Assembly (NCBI RefSeq): GCF_040938485.1
Contig: NW_027272009.1
Coordinates: forward strand, 310,001 to 374,000
Direction of reading: 5' to 3'
Origin: Diadema antillarum
Taxonomy: Eukaryota
Length of the DNA stretch: 64,000 bases
Positions within the stretch are counted from its first letter, which is position 1. Every line of letters begins with the position of its first letter. Position numbers and translations under genes: made by a program. Shown here in pieces: positions 13,181 through 24,864 of the stretch. Under the pieces are notes generated by a model. It did no database searches. It saw only the letters and a list, made by a program, of their open reading frames with translations, and was not told where the DNA came from.

Positions 13181-14850
13181 CATGAAACGTGGACACCGTA
13201 GAAGATTCAGACCGGTGCGGCACCAGTCGATAGAATAAATCTGAATTCTGCATCTGAGGACCAGTCACTCCATTTGCCCCTCGGGGGATGAAGATGAGTG
13301 GAGGTAAAGGAGAAGGAGAGTGTTTGGATAACCCACAAGTTCTCCGTACAATGTTCCAGCCCACGCCTTCTCCTCTGCAGGCTGTGAGATGTGCTCCAAA
13401 GATATTGACCAAAAATGTGACGTTATCAGAGTTTTCTACCAGAGAAGCTCACTGTCACATTTTGAAGACTTTTACTAATCATGCATAATGCAGTACATAC
13501 ACTTGTACATTCAATACATCATGGACCTGTTTATCAACAAATGCAAATATATGGTCACTTTTCCCTTGGGAAATTGTATATTTGAAATAAGCTCTAAAAG
13601 TCATCGGTTCATAGATAGGTGCGCACTTCATTCCTGAGAAATAATTTGAATGCAGTCATTGTTGCTACAACACATAAACATTGGGCAAGCCTCTCATCAT
13701 CAAACTAAGTCTCTGTTGACGGATCTCTTCATTACTGATGATTTTTTTTTAATGCTATGTTACTGTCATTGCCCTGACAATGAAATATCATGAATAGATA
13801 TCAAGCTACATATGTATTATGGATAAAATTTGTATCTGTATTTAGTAAACCAGTACATCATTATTAATCACTGTTTCTTGCAGCTGATAATAGACTGATG
13901 ATGTTTGTTACAATTATTTATTTTTTTTTTTGGGGGGGGGTGGGGGGTGGGGGGTGGGTGGGAGGGGGGTTAGGAAGAAGGGGGCAGAAGAGGGCAGTCT
14001 CTGACTGTCGGCTAGTCTATCCTTATTTAAAAGGTTACCACAGTGCATCATGGGAAGGTAAAAATGCCCATCCTGCCAGGAAAGTGTCAGAGCACCATAA
14101 TTGTACCTGCCAAGCTACTACTATTTGGGCGAGCACATACAGTACTTCGGCTTCAGATTACCGGCGGATTAACAATCAGATTATATTAGCAATCTGGCAC
14201 TGGCTATCAAAATGCCCTTCCCCCTACATAAAGACAAACAAATACACAAAAAAGGAACACCTAGACACGGAAATTAATATAAATTAGTAGAGGTCAACAA
14301 AAAGCAGCTAAATAAACTATCTGGAGTATCAAACAAAACCCAATGAAGCATACGACTAAACGAAACGATAAGGTCAATGAGACATGTTGTACGACAGTAA
14401 ATGGCGGTACTCTTTGCGCTCAAAGGTCACCAAAAAATATCACTCCAGACGACGACATCTCCAGTTCTTTTTTTCTGCTCCCTCATCCCTCCCTAACAAC
14501 ATCTCCACCATTCCAACAATTTGTTTTCTCCTCCAATGCTGTATACACTTTGTTGATGGACTACATGCCTTATAGTCATCTCAGTGAAGATGAAAACCAG
14601 AACACAGTCAGTGTGTGTGCTGGTACAGACAGGAGTACTACTTCTACTACTGCTGCTATATACTCTCTCCGCTGGAAGTTGGCCCAGAACTTGAACTCAG
14701 TGATAACTCTTTGTGTCTCATGATTTACAATTTGCAGAATATAGATTCTGATGGGAGCATGCCGACAAATCTTTTAATGGCACTTGGGCTACAGTTTACC
14801 AGGTAAACAAATACCTAATTTATTGCATTACTCTTTTACAAAAGTTATAT

Positions 14851-15028
14851 NNNNNNNNNNNNNNNNNNNNNNNNNNNNNNNNNNNNNNNNNNNNNNNNNN
14901 NNNNNNNNNNNNNNNNNNNNNNNNNNNNNNNNNNNNNNNNNNNNNNNNNNNNNNNNNNNNNNNNNNNNNNNNNNNNNNNNNNNNNNNNNNNNNNNNNNNN
15001 NNNNNNNNNNNNNNNNNNNNNNNNNNNN
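14851..15028. other. Assembly gap / masked run (178 N)
   Basis: N run. Confidence 0.99.
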
Positions 15029-16776
15029 CTCAATCGAGAGGAAATTGTGACCAGCAAGAGAACTTAGTATTCTGTATTAAAGTCACATGAACCAAAATGG
15101 CAGAAGAGTGCTTGCTTGAACAGAATATGGCAAATGATATTTGTGACAATTTGACTGCATGATTGCCCTTCATGTGATAACTATTTGGCACATTGAAAAG
15201 AATAATATTCACTATCTATTAGGAATAGAATCTTGTTGGCATACATAGTAATAAGGCTCATTTTGATTTGCATTTAAAATACCAAGCCATTTCTCTATTT
15301 CTCATTTTCTATAAAACAATACTTTCCCCAGTGTTCAAAGCTTATCACTGCATGCTACATGTATATTATTGTTGCTAGACATCCTCCATAACAAATGAAG
15401 TTGATTCCTGTATACATACGGAATAACATTTATGTATTTGCAACACAAATGCAGACTTCATATTCATAAAGCAACATTAAGGCCATGTGAGAAAAGTATT
15501 CAGTGGGCTCTTTAGAATGCTATTTCAGATAACTCAATTCATTTCATTTAAACAGTTATAATATTCTAAATAACTACTCAAACTCATTCAAATCTAATGC
15601 TTTCATTTAAACACAAATACTCAGGCTAATCTTAATAGTCCAGGCTAGGCTCCATAGAAAGTGCACCTAACCTTGTTTTTCGATATATACAATGTTTTTT
15701 GATGGTTTCTTGTCAATTCGAGGGTGCTGATTCCAAATCTGATTGATGCCATTCGCGTAACCTTGAGCATTTTCGGCAAAATGCAAAAATCCAAAATGGC
15801 CGCCAGATATGCTAATTTGGCCATGATAATCCCATTTATGTCAATTGAATGACCGATTATTCCATCAAACTTTGTAAAATTTTTGTTCCTTGAGTAATTC
15901 TATTTGCACATGCAAGAAAATTTTCATTTAATGTCGGTACATTTAGTATTTCAAGCTTATTTTCAATTCAAAATGGCCGCCATTCCTATACTCATGTACT
16001 TTATGAATGGCAAAAAAAAAAATATGCATAGAAATAGAAGACAAATTTGCTGTTTTTCCAGTCACATATACGTACGCTGTTATCAAGTTTTGCGTGTGTA
16101 ATGCAAATCTGATGAGTGCCACTTGCAACACAAGCAAACAAACAAACAGAAAATATATTCTTTTTAATCTTATATGCTCTTCTTAATACAAAAATTCAAA
16201 ATGAGTGCCACTCATATACCCCTGTACAATATGAACGATAAAATGTGCACAGAAATAAACGAATTTTCTACTTTTTTTGTCATGCAGCAACACTGTTTAT
16301 CAATTGGGTGCTGATTAATCAGAAGAAATCAGAAGGTTGTTTAGGGTTGTTTTATTTGTGATGCAATCATCAAAATCTGGTTCCTCATTTTGGATTTTTC
16401 ACAAGGAATTTGGGGAAAAATAAAACTTGAATTGATGACAACATCACGATCGTTTATCAGGAATTATTAGACATGAACATTTGATACTTACTTGCCTTGA
16501 GATGTTCAACATCATAAAATTTACTCTGATTTACTGAAGCTAAATCTCAGATGATAACAGAAATGAAATTTACAGATAACTGTCTAAAATATCGAACTAC
16601 CTAAAACAACTCTAATCTAAAAGTGATATTATACAAACTGTTCAATCCCCTCTTCCGAGAAAGAGCATGAGGAAGGGGAAAGTTGAAAAAAAAGGACCAC
16701 TCCACTTCCTTCCCTCAAATCTCTCAAATCCTCCCTCAAATCAGCATGAACTTGTGTACTTTCCACTGTAAAATTG

Positions 16777-17137
16777 GTTACAGCTCGTTATTCCGAAGGT
16801 TTGTTATTCCGAAGGCTCTTTAATCCGAAGATTCGTTAGTCCGAAGGTTCATTTTTCCGAATTTCATTTTCGGATTAATGAATCTTCGGAATGACGAACC
16901 TTTGGGATAACGCCACAAATGTTCGGATTAACGAACCCTATTTCATTTTCGAATTAACGAACCTCTAGGTATAGGGAATTTGTGTATTTCGAATTGACGA
17001 CCCTTCGGATTAACGAACCCTTTTTCATTTTCGGATTAGAAACCCTAGGTATAGGGAATTTGTGTGTTTCGGATTGACGACCCTTCGAAATAACGAACCC
17101 TCGAAATAGCGAACCTTCGGAATAACGAACAGCACCC
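16777..17137. mobile_element. MITE built from tandem TTATTCCGAAGG / CCTTCGGAATAA motifs
   Basis: Inverted ends cgttattccgaagg / ccttcggaataacg; many internal copies of the motif, flipped in orientation between the two halves; internal ~75-bp direct duplication. Confidence 0.75.
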
Positions 17138-18203
17138 GTAAAATTGACACATTTTTGTGTCTGGAGATGAGTACACTGCTCTTACCTTTCCGTCAGTGAT
17201 GAATTGTGGAATTATTGAATATTTCCCAATGTTAGTACAATGCAGGTGATTCATGATAAATATAATGGGATGAGTCCATATTAGTCAAGGGGCTTGTTTT
17301 ACACCTGTTTGCCCCCACCTCTGCTGCTGCCCAGCCCTGCCCGACCGCGACCCCTGCAATCCTGCAATTGCCTTACAAGGTACTGAAGGGTCACTCGGTG
17401 ATCTTGCCATAGAAAGAAGGTAAAGACGTGGGGACTTGCTTGAGCACTCCTTTACAGAAGATCCAAAGCCCAACCTTACCAGCAACCATCCACAGAGCTA
17501 TCTGACAATAGACATGCTGACATTGTTGCCTAAATGTAGCCAAGATAGGTGAAAGGCTTCACAGTTCTCGCGATAGATGGATTTTACCACCAGTTTTCTC
17601 GGAGTGAATGTCTTTGCGTATGATGTCTAGGGAGGCTCTGAGATTTCTAAAGTGCTGCCTCATTCTGAAAGCAGTGCTATAACAACTTCACACTGCTTGT
17701 CCTTAAATTTCAGCACTTGCTTCAGGATGTCGCAGACCAACTGATTTAGGACTCTGAATGATGGCCTCCTCCAGGGTGGCTATAAACTAACTCCACTCCT
17801 TTTAACATGGTGACATGATAATCACTAGTGAAGGAAGTTTGCTCGTGCAGATGATCTTACCCTTACGTCTCATAGAGGGTCCTTGGATGACATTAGCCGA
17901 GTACTGACCCATCTCAAGACAATAGAGGAATAATTCTCCTTCTGAAGACTTTGCCTCAACCTCTACAAAATTACCATTAGGCCCATGCCTTCCATCTTAG
18001 CAACCATCTTGCCAACGCTATATGTTCAAGGTAGCCTTCTGTGGCAGGCATAGGCTAAGGAAGTCTGCCCTCCTTAACTGGTGCTCAATCACTCTCCCTC
18101 CTTACACTGGAAGGAAAGGATGGCAAGTGTCCCCAGTGCCGTCTACGCATACCCTGATCTTGGCTTCCAATCATGATAACCTGATAACCTAGTAGCTGAC
18201 CTG

Positions 18204-18372
18204 GGGGGTGTTTCATAAAGCTGTTCGTAAAGTTACGAACAACTTACGAGCGACTGGTGATCAGTTCTGATGTGCTATACTTATCAGAATTTCTATAATT
18301 CAGCACAAGAACTGATCACCAGTCACTCGTAAGTCGTTCGTAACTTTACGAACAGCTTTATGAAACACCCCC
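18204..18372. mobile_element. Harbinger-like palindromic MITE with CTG TSD
   Basis: 65-bp TIR with 2 mismatches (GGGGGTGTTTCATAAAGCTGTTCG...); CTG at 18201-18203 and 18373-18375. Confidence 0.85.
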
Positions 18373-18375
18373 CTG

Positions 18376-18503
18376 GGGGCATTTCATGAAGCGTTTTGTC
18401 TGACAGATTTGTTCTCAGCCGATCAGATGCAATGGTTTTTAGGCTTATAACAGTTTGTCCAATATATATATATATATCTGACAAAACGCTTCATGAAATG
18501 CCC
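18376..18503. mobile_element. Second Harbinger-like MITE abutting the first
   Basis: GGGGCATTTCATGAAGCGTTTTGTC ... GACAAAACGCTTCATGAAATGCCCC; right flank is a poly-C run. Confidence 0.8.
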
Positions 18504-20420
18504 CCCCCCCCCCCCCCCCCCCCCCCGGAACCTGCCATCAATGTGTCTGAAATCCCACAAGCCAATCTAGATCTCCCTCCCCCCCCCCCCCCCCCTCTCC
18601 CCATCACTGACAGCTTTGACCCCAAAACCGGATGGTGCAGATGCTGGTCTGAGGCCATGGACCATCCAAGTTACCTACAATACTGTCTCTGGCATGGCAA
18701 CAAAGCCAGACGGCTTCAACGGGCTTTCGTCCTGGTCCTATGGCAAATAATCACCCTCTGATCCTTGAGGAAGTCATGAAAGTGCTGAACATCATCAGAT
18801 GTGGTTACAACTAAGGCAACTGCAGGACTGATATGCATCTTTAGCCCTAGAATCCTGCAAATTTGGGGCTGATGTCGCCTGCTGCCAAACATCAAATTAA
18901 AGAGATCTTTGAAGACAATAAAAAAGAATAGTTTTGGTTTTAAGACGAGAATGAATGACCTCATGATGTCAAAGTATATATAATAAACACTTGGGAAGTG
19001 TGACAGAACTGAAAGAGGTACTTCACATTGGTCCTTGGTTTTGAATAGTTTGAAAGGTATTGCGTTTGGACAGTTTTGTTTATACCTTCACCAGTGTTTG
19101 TTGCTGTTTTAATTCAAGAAGAAAATCAAGTTTGCTCGATAACATCAAGGCGGTACTCTTAAATTATATCATACAAAAGTGATGGAAGTTATGATCCATT
19201 TCACACTCACCACAGGACTCCCCCCCTCCCCCATTCCTTGCACCTTTTCAGTGCCCTATTAATAATGGTTTCAGTGAAACATGTTACAAGCCTTGCTTTC
19301 TAGCTTCCACTCCATTTTCAACATTATTTGATAAATACCATGTATCTAGGAAGTTAATATTGTGTGAGTATTACATTTTTATATGCAACCTGCATGCATA
19401 ACAGGATGGTATATTGATTTTTTTTTTGCATGATGTGTAGTGCACTTATATTCTTAGATGAAACAAAATAAAAGATAAGAAATTGTGTTAAACATCGTAA
19501 GGGTTACCATTCATAATTCCTAGTAATAATCCTAATTCATGTGGTAAATAAGGACTTTTGCATCACTAAAGAATAACTTTTTGTTAAGAACATCCTTCAC
19601 TGATCAGCACTAGATTTTCATAAACAATGTAGTTGGATGTCAGAAAAAAAGAAACACCCAGAAAATTTGCTTTCTATTTCCACATATATTTTTGCCATTC
19701 ATATTGTACAGAATAAGAGTGACGACCATTTTGAAGAATAAAAATACATGTAGGCCCTATATATTGTAAGTGGCAACCAATATATTTGCGTTGCACACCC
19801 AACACTTTATAACGGCGTAGGTACGGGACTGGAAATACAGTAAATTTGTTCTATATTTCCATGCATTTTTTTTACCATTCATATTGTACATGCGCATAGG
19901 AATGGCGGCCATTTTGAATTGAAAATGAGCTTTAAATACCAAATAAACCTATATGAAATGAACATTCTCTTGCAAATACAGGTGGAACAACTCTAGGAAA
20001 GGAAATATACAAAGTTTGGCGGAATAATTTGTAATAGAATGCGCCTTATTCTGATTATCACGGCCAAATTAGCATACAGTATTTGGCGGCCATTTTGGAT
20101 TTTTGCATTTTGCCGAAAATGCTCAAGGTTACGCGAGTGGCATCAATCGGATTCGGAATCAGCACCCTCGAATTGACAAGAAACCATCAAAAAACATTGT
20201 ATATATCAAAAAACAAGGTTAGGTGCCTTCTAGCCTGGACTATAATACAAGTCTCATGAATGATGCTACATGAATTGAACAAGTGGCTCTTTCTTTCCAT
20301 CATTGATTCACGCCATTAATGCTGTCATTCCCATTGACGACCACTTTGTGTACAATGGTAATGTCATTGTGACTATAACAGTGTTGAGAGGATTAACTGA
20401 GACGGGATATATGCCCTTAC

Positions 20421-20503
20421 AAGTGGATGAACCGTGATAAACACGGTGAAGAGTCTGCTGAAGAGTCCAATCTTCAGGTGTTCAGCATCCCGCTCAGACA
20501 CCC
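20421..20503 (-). CDS. Candidate internal exon (xVSERDAEHLKIGLFSRLFTVFITVHPL)
   Basis: Acceptor tcttcgccattccag|, donor CTT|gtaagg; the splice sites bound the open frame (phase 1 to 0); GC-rich. Confidence 0.25.
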
Positions 20504-21322
20504 CTGGAATGGCGAAGACATAACAAGATTTTTACGGCTTGCATTATACCGAGCTTTACTCCGAGTGCGAGGCGGCGAGAAATGCAGTGCTGAAGCGGTA
20601 CCCATCCCTGAAACTAGAATGAGTGAATAGGGGCGATTCCCCGGCGGAATTGGAATTATGCATGCATGCATGCAATCCACCCACAAGCTGGCACAGCGAA
20701 AAAATGGAGATCGCAACTGGAGACCTCGCAACATGGTGTCATACTGTGCACTGGAAACTTAACCCCCTGACTCCTGCCAGACACTCACTCTTATACCTTG
20801 GAAACTTTACTCTCAGATTGTATGCATAAATGGGGCATTTTTTCCACATGATAACATAAAGATAGGACATCTACAATTATGTAGGTGTGAAGAACTCATA
20901 TTAGTAGGTTGTATTTGATTGCCTGGGAAATTTTGGTTGCTATGGGCAACAGGGCACTGGCTCATTGTGTGTGCTGAAACATCGCATGGTAGCTTAGACG
21001 ACTACTGCCGATGACAATGTGGTCAATCTGTAGAGGTGTACCATGATGCGGCGTAGAACATAAACAGCAGGTGGCTGAAATAAATACTGAGACTGCAGTT
21101 CTGACCACATTGAGTTGTCAAAAATAGCACTCACAAGGTGGGGTGACTTATACTCACACTTTCAGGCCTGAATTCACAAGGGCAATTTAAATTTAGCCCA
21201 TGGATTATGCAAATTTTGTCTGAGGAAATGTGCGTGAGAGATTGCACATGCCAACAGACATTGAATAATGAATGCATACTGACACGCTCAAGTGACAGTA
21301 TGCCCATTTTGTGTGTGAATTC

Positions 21323-21538
21323 GGGTGACGCGACATTTGCTCCAGCGACAATTGCTCCATTTTTATTTTCTCCAAGGACTTTGGGTTAGGTTCAGGGTAG
21401 TGAAAGGGTTTAGGTTTATAGTTTGATGTGAGGATTAGGATTAGGGTTAGGACTATGTTTGTGGGTAGAATCTATGATCAGCTTAGCATGCAGATATTTC
21501 ATGGGAGCAATTGTCGCAGTGAGCAAATGTTATGGAGC
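21323..21538 (+). mobile_element. MITE with internal TTAGG(G)-like repeats, copy 1
   Basis: TIR ACATTTGCTC..GCGACAATTGCTCC / GGAGCAATTGTCGC..GAGCAAATGT; homologous to 34429-34641. Confidence 0.75.
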
Positions 21539-21916
21539 TGTGAATTTGAGCTATAGAGTTCCACCAGACAACAAGATACAGCCTTCCCTACTATATCAAA
21601 CTGTGCAGGGGAGAACCATTCTCCTCATACAGTATGCCACGTTGAATCAAAGAATACAGCATTCACAGGGGTGGTGAATTACGCTCAAGCTCTGAAACAG
21701 TTCTACCAAACAACATACGGTCCTCCCATCTACATTGCATTGAATGGACCAGAAGCATTTATGACATGTCAGGCACGGGTGTCAGGGACAGAAAGAACTG
21801 AGCATTCTGTATCATGATATCTACAACTCTACAACAAAAGATTCCATCAATACAAGGACAGGTGTGACAGGTGTTTTCACAAGGAAACATCTGTTGAAGA
21901 CAGAGGAGAGTATCAT

Positions 21917-22320
21917 AGGCTGCGTTTATCATCTTTCCCCTGTTTTTAAACAGCTTTCAAAAGCCATTTCCAAAGCCCTTTAGAAATGGCTTCCAAAATA
22001 GTTGCGTTTATCAAGTCTTCGCTAACACGATAACTGGCCTGTCACTGCACAGCTGCATTGCGCAATTCGACCCGAAGAGAAGAGGTCATAAGGCGTGCAT
22101 GGTTCGTAACTGCAGTACAAAGCCATTTCAAAACAGCTTTGCATTTATCTCGCTTCAAAAGGCTTCTAGAAACAGGTTTCTGGAAACCTGTTCAGGAAAC
22201 CTGTTTCGGAAAGCACAAATTTGCGGCTTTCGAAAAGGCTTTCCGAAAAGGCTTTCAAAACAGCTTTGCGTTTATCATCTCGTAAAAATTCCCTGAAAGC
22301 CGTTTGGAAAACCTGTTTTT
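21917..22320. mobile_element. MITE fragment with repeated GCGTTTATCAT / GCTTT-AAAAG motifs
   Basis: GGCTGCGTTTAT start (Harbinger-like); several internal motif copies; right end not identified. Confidence 0.45.
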
Positions 22321-23337
22321 GCCGAGAAAAAGAATGGATTCAAACGCACCCAGAGACACGTCAAAATCATGATCATGGGTGTCTTCCTCCATATCTTATG
22401 ACTCGAGAGTCTTGTGCATTTGAGATCAGTCTCCATGCATCCAATTTAATAGTTCCAAACCCTCAACTCTGATATCAAATATGATACTGCTCACATTACA
22501 TAACATTAACAAGGAATATATTTGAAGATATCATTAAGATTATTGTAAATATTCTATTTTTTCCCTTTACAGTAGCTTTATTCTCATATATCTCAATCGG
22601 TACAAATGAATTTGTTTTTGCATCTGAACTCATGTCATATATTTCTCTTTCCAGGGAGACTCCTGTGGAATTGCAAAAAGTACAATGTATGGTGTATACA
22701 GAAGAGACGGTCTCTCTTTGCTGTTCCAACTCACTATGTTACAATCACACCATTATTGGGTAGCAAATATTGTTGATCATCACTTAATATGTGACTCACA
22801 TCGCCATGGAGATTTGGATAGCTGGTGAGCATGGTTATCAACTGCCTCCATGCACACAATACTCACGAGCTGCTTCCCATAGAGGTAGCCAACATACATG
22901 TACGTGAAAGGCTCTATAGCTTCAGATGGGTCCTATTCTGTCCGCAAATGTGAGTAAAATGTCTACAGAGGCCATGAGGGTGTAAATATTGTATGACAGT
23001 TCAGATGATCTACATTGTACTTTCAAATAATTTACATTCTTCCATTGAACAGATTTTTGAAGTTAAGCCTTGTAGAAGACAATATACAATTGTACAATAA
23101 GTCATGTCTGGATGAAGTATATTCCTGCTAGTTAAAATGATAAAGCTCAGACTCACAACACAAAATATTGTATATTAGCATGCCAATGTGTCAACGTCTG
23201 CTCCCTATTGTAAATACTGATAATGATGATGATAATAATAATAATAATGATGATTATAATAAAAGTACTAGAAGTCTGAGGTTCCAGGATGGAACTTGAC
23301 GTGATATTGATCTCTAGAAGATATCTTGTGATGATAA

Positions 23338-23360
23338 GAGATAATAATAATAATAATAAT

Positions 23361-23399
<39 letters not shown>

Positions 23400-23430
23400 A
23401 ATAATAATAATATGATAAATAACAATAACA
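23338..23430. repeat. Compound (AAT)n(AAC)n microsatellite
   Basis: Direct inspection. Confidence 0.95.
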
Positions 23431-23916
23431 GGGGTATTTATAATGCCTCTTACCACTCTGCCCGAGTGCTCAAAGGACACGCAAAATTCCTCACACAGCA
23501 TAATAATACTGGAAATTCTCTTCATGCACTTTACAGATTGTAAAAACCTAAAAACTGTCAATTTTTTTACAATTGTAACCAGGAAAAAAATAAGAAACCC
23601 AGAGCGAACTGACATGAAATGAGAATAGACTGGCTCAATGAACAGTCATGTGACACGCCGACCTGAATTTTTACAAACCCGCTACTCATAATTCACACAC
23701 AAAATCTATCTCAATATTCAAACAACATCTCTAAACACACTCACCTTAAACATGGAATGATGTTACACATACACTGACTTGGTAGAAAGGTACATTACTG
23801 TACATGCAAATGGCATAAATGGTAAAAGAAATTCCAGTATTCTGTGTAAAAATTCAGAGAATCCTGATAATGTTCATGAAATGCATACCTGTCGATTTTT
23901 TCACGGATGTACTTAC

Positions 23917-23956
23917 GTGATGATTTGATAGCATACTGCCTCACTTCTCCCTCCAT
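23917..23956 (-). CDS. Candidate first coding exon (MEGEVRQYAIKSS) of a leftward gene
   Basis: gttATGG context, donor CAC|gtaagt, adjacent CpG-bearing region 23990-24220. Confidence 0.2.
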
Positions 23957-24388
23957 AACTCCAGGAATAACACTCTACAGATATCAAATCTCGGCACGAC
24001 TTTCCTATTTTCTACACACAAATTTGGTGCAGATGTAAGAAAGAATTTTCGCTAGTCCCACCTACGGTGAAAACAGTGTGCAAACACTGTACAAGACAAA
24101 GAGGAGGAGAGATGTATCACATTGTGAATGTGTAGAGCCCGAGCTCAGCGCGTTAGCGGCTTCCTGCCGCACAAATTAACGTGACTCAAGAACTTGTGGG
24201 GTGAGCGAGTCTGAAAGTGAGTAAGTACATCAACGGTCTAACAAGATGACTGGTTTGTCTGTATTTACGTCGTCTGAAATTTCATGTGTTGTGAAGGTTC
24301 CGAGATTTGATTAATTACATCTGCCTGGGCTAGGTAGGTAATGACATTTTTTTTTCTCTCCTTTTAACTTCTCTTTGCTCCTTCCACT

Positions 24389-24427
<39 letters not shown>

Positions 24428-24436
24428 TTATCATTA

Positions 24437-24864
24437 GACACGGTCACACGGGCAAAAGATCGTGAAGTTTATAAGATCTTGAAGTTTTGCCAGTATGATC
24501 ACAAACTTCCCGAAAACTTCTTGCAAAACTTCGCCTTAAACTATGGAAATTTGAACCCTCGCAACTAAAACTTCGCAAAGTTTGTCACACGACCAGTCCA
24601 TCACCTGTTCGCGGCATCAATCAACAATATGTGGGTGGGGCCTCATTACGATGTACATGTGTGCACTGTTATGTCACAATCACCAGCTGTCACGCGGCGA
24701 GCACTTTCTTCTTTGTTGCGCATGTGCACCAGTGACCCTAACTTTGAAAACTGAAACATCTAGAATTTGGGCTGCCAGTGTGGACGGACGAGCAAACTTC
24801 ACTAAGATTTTTCAAAGACTACTCAGGATTAAACTTCGTGATATTTTGCCAGTGTGACGGTGGC
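24437..24864. mobile_element. ~430-bp MITE (Harbinger-like)
   Basis: GACACGGTCACACGGGCAAAAGATCGTGAAGTTT / AAACTTCGTGATATTTTGCCAGTGTGACGGTGGC imperfect TIR. Confidence 0.7.

Larger units (their letters stand above)
17400..18960 (+). mobile_element. Highly decayed tyrosine-recombinase retrotransposon (DIRS/Ngaro-like) remnant
   Basis: Stop- and frameshift-ridden fragments RYMFKVAFCGRHRLRKS (18016-18066; cf. MFLLAFFGFLR) and ILQIWG..SPAAKHQIK (about 18852-18900; cf. IQ.WGRW.S.A.K.YI); recognised by eye only. Confidence 0.35.
15635..20244. mobile_element. Pair of ~700-bp inverted arms (about 15635-16370 and 19560-20244): one composite foldback element or two opposed copies
   Basis: Termini TAGTCCAGGCTAG...CTAGCCTGGACTA; arms near-identical terminally and more diverged inward. 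Confidence 0.7.

Noticed and set aside
14590-14694. Signal-peptide-like mini ORF MKTRTQSVCVLVQTGVLLLLLLYTLSAGSWPRT
   Set aside because: Leu run comes from a CTA/CTG simple repeat; stops after about 34 codons with no usable donor
22500-22664. Minus-strand exon candidate (VSLEREIYDMSSDAK...)
   Set aside because: Good acceptor, but available donors give phases inconsistent with the next candidate exon; left unannotated
23153-23615. Poly-Leu/Ile/Asn ORFs
   Set aside because: Translations of AAT/AAC microsatellites
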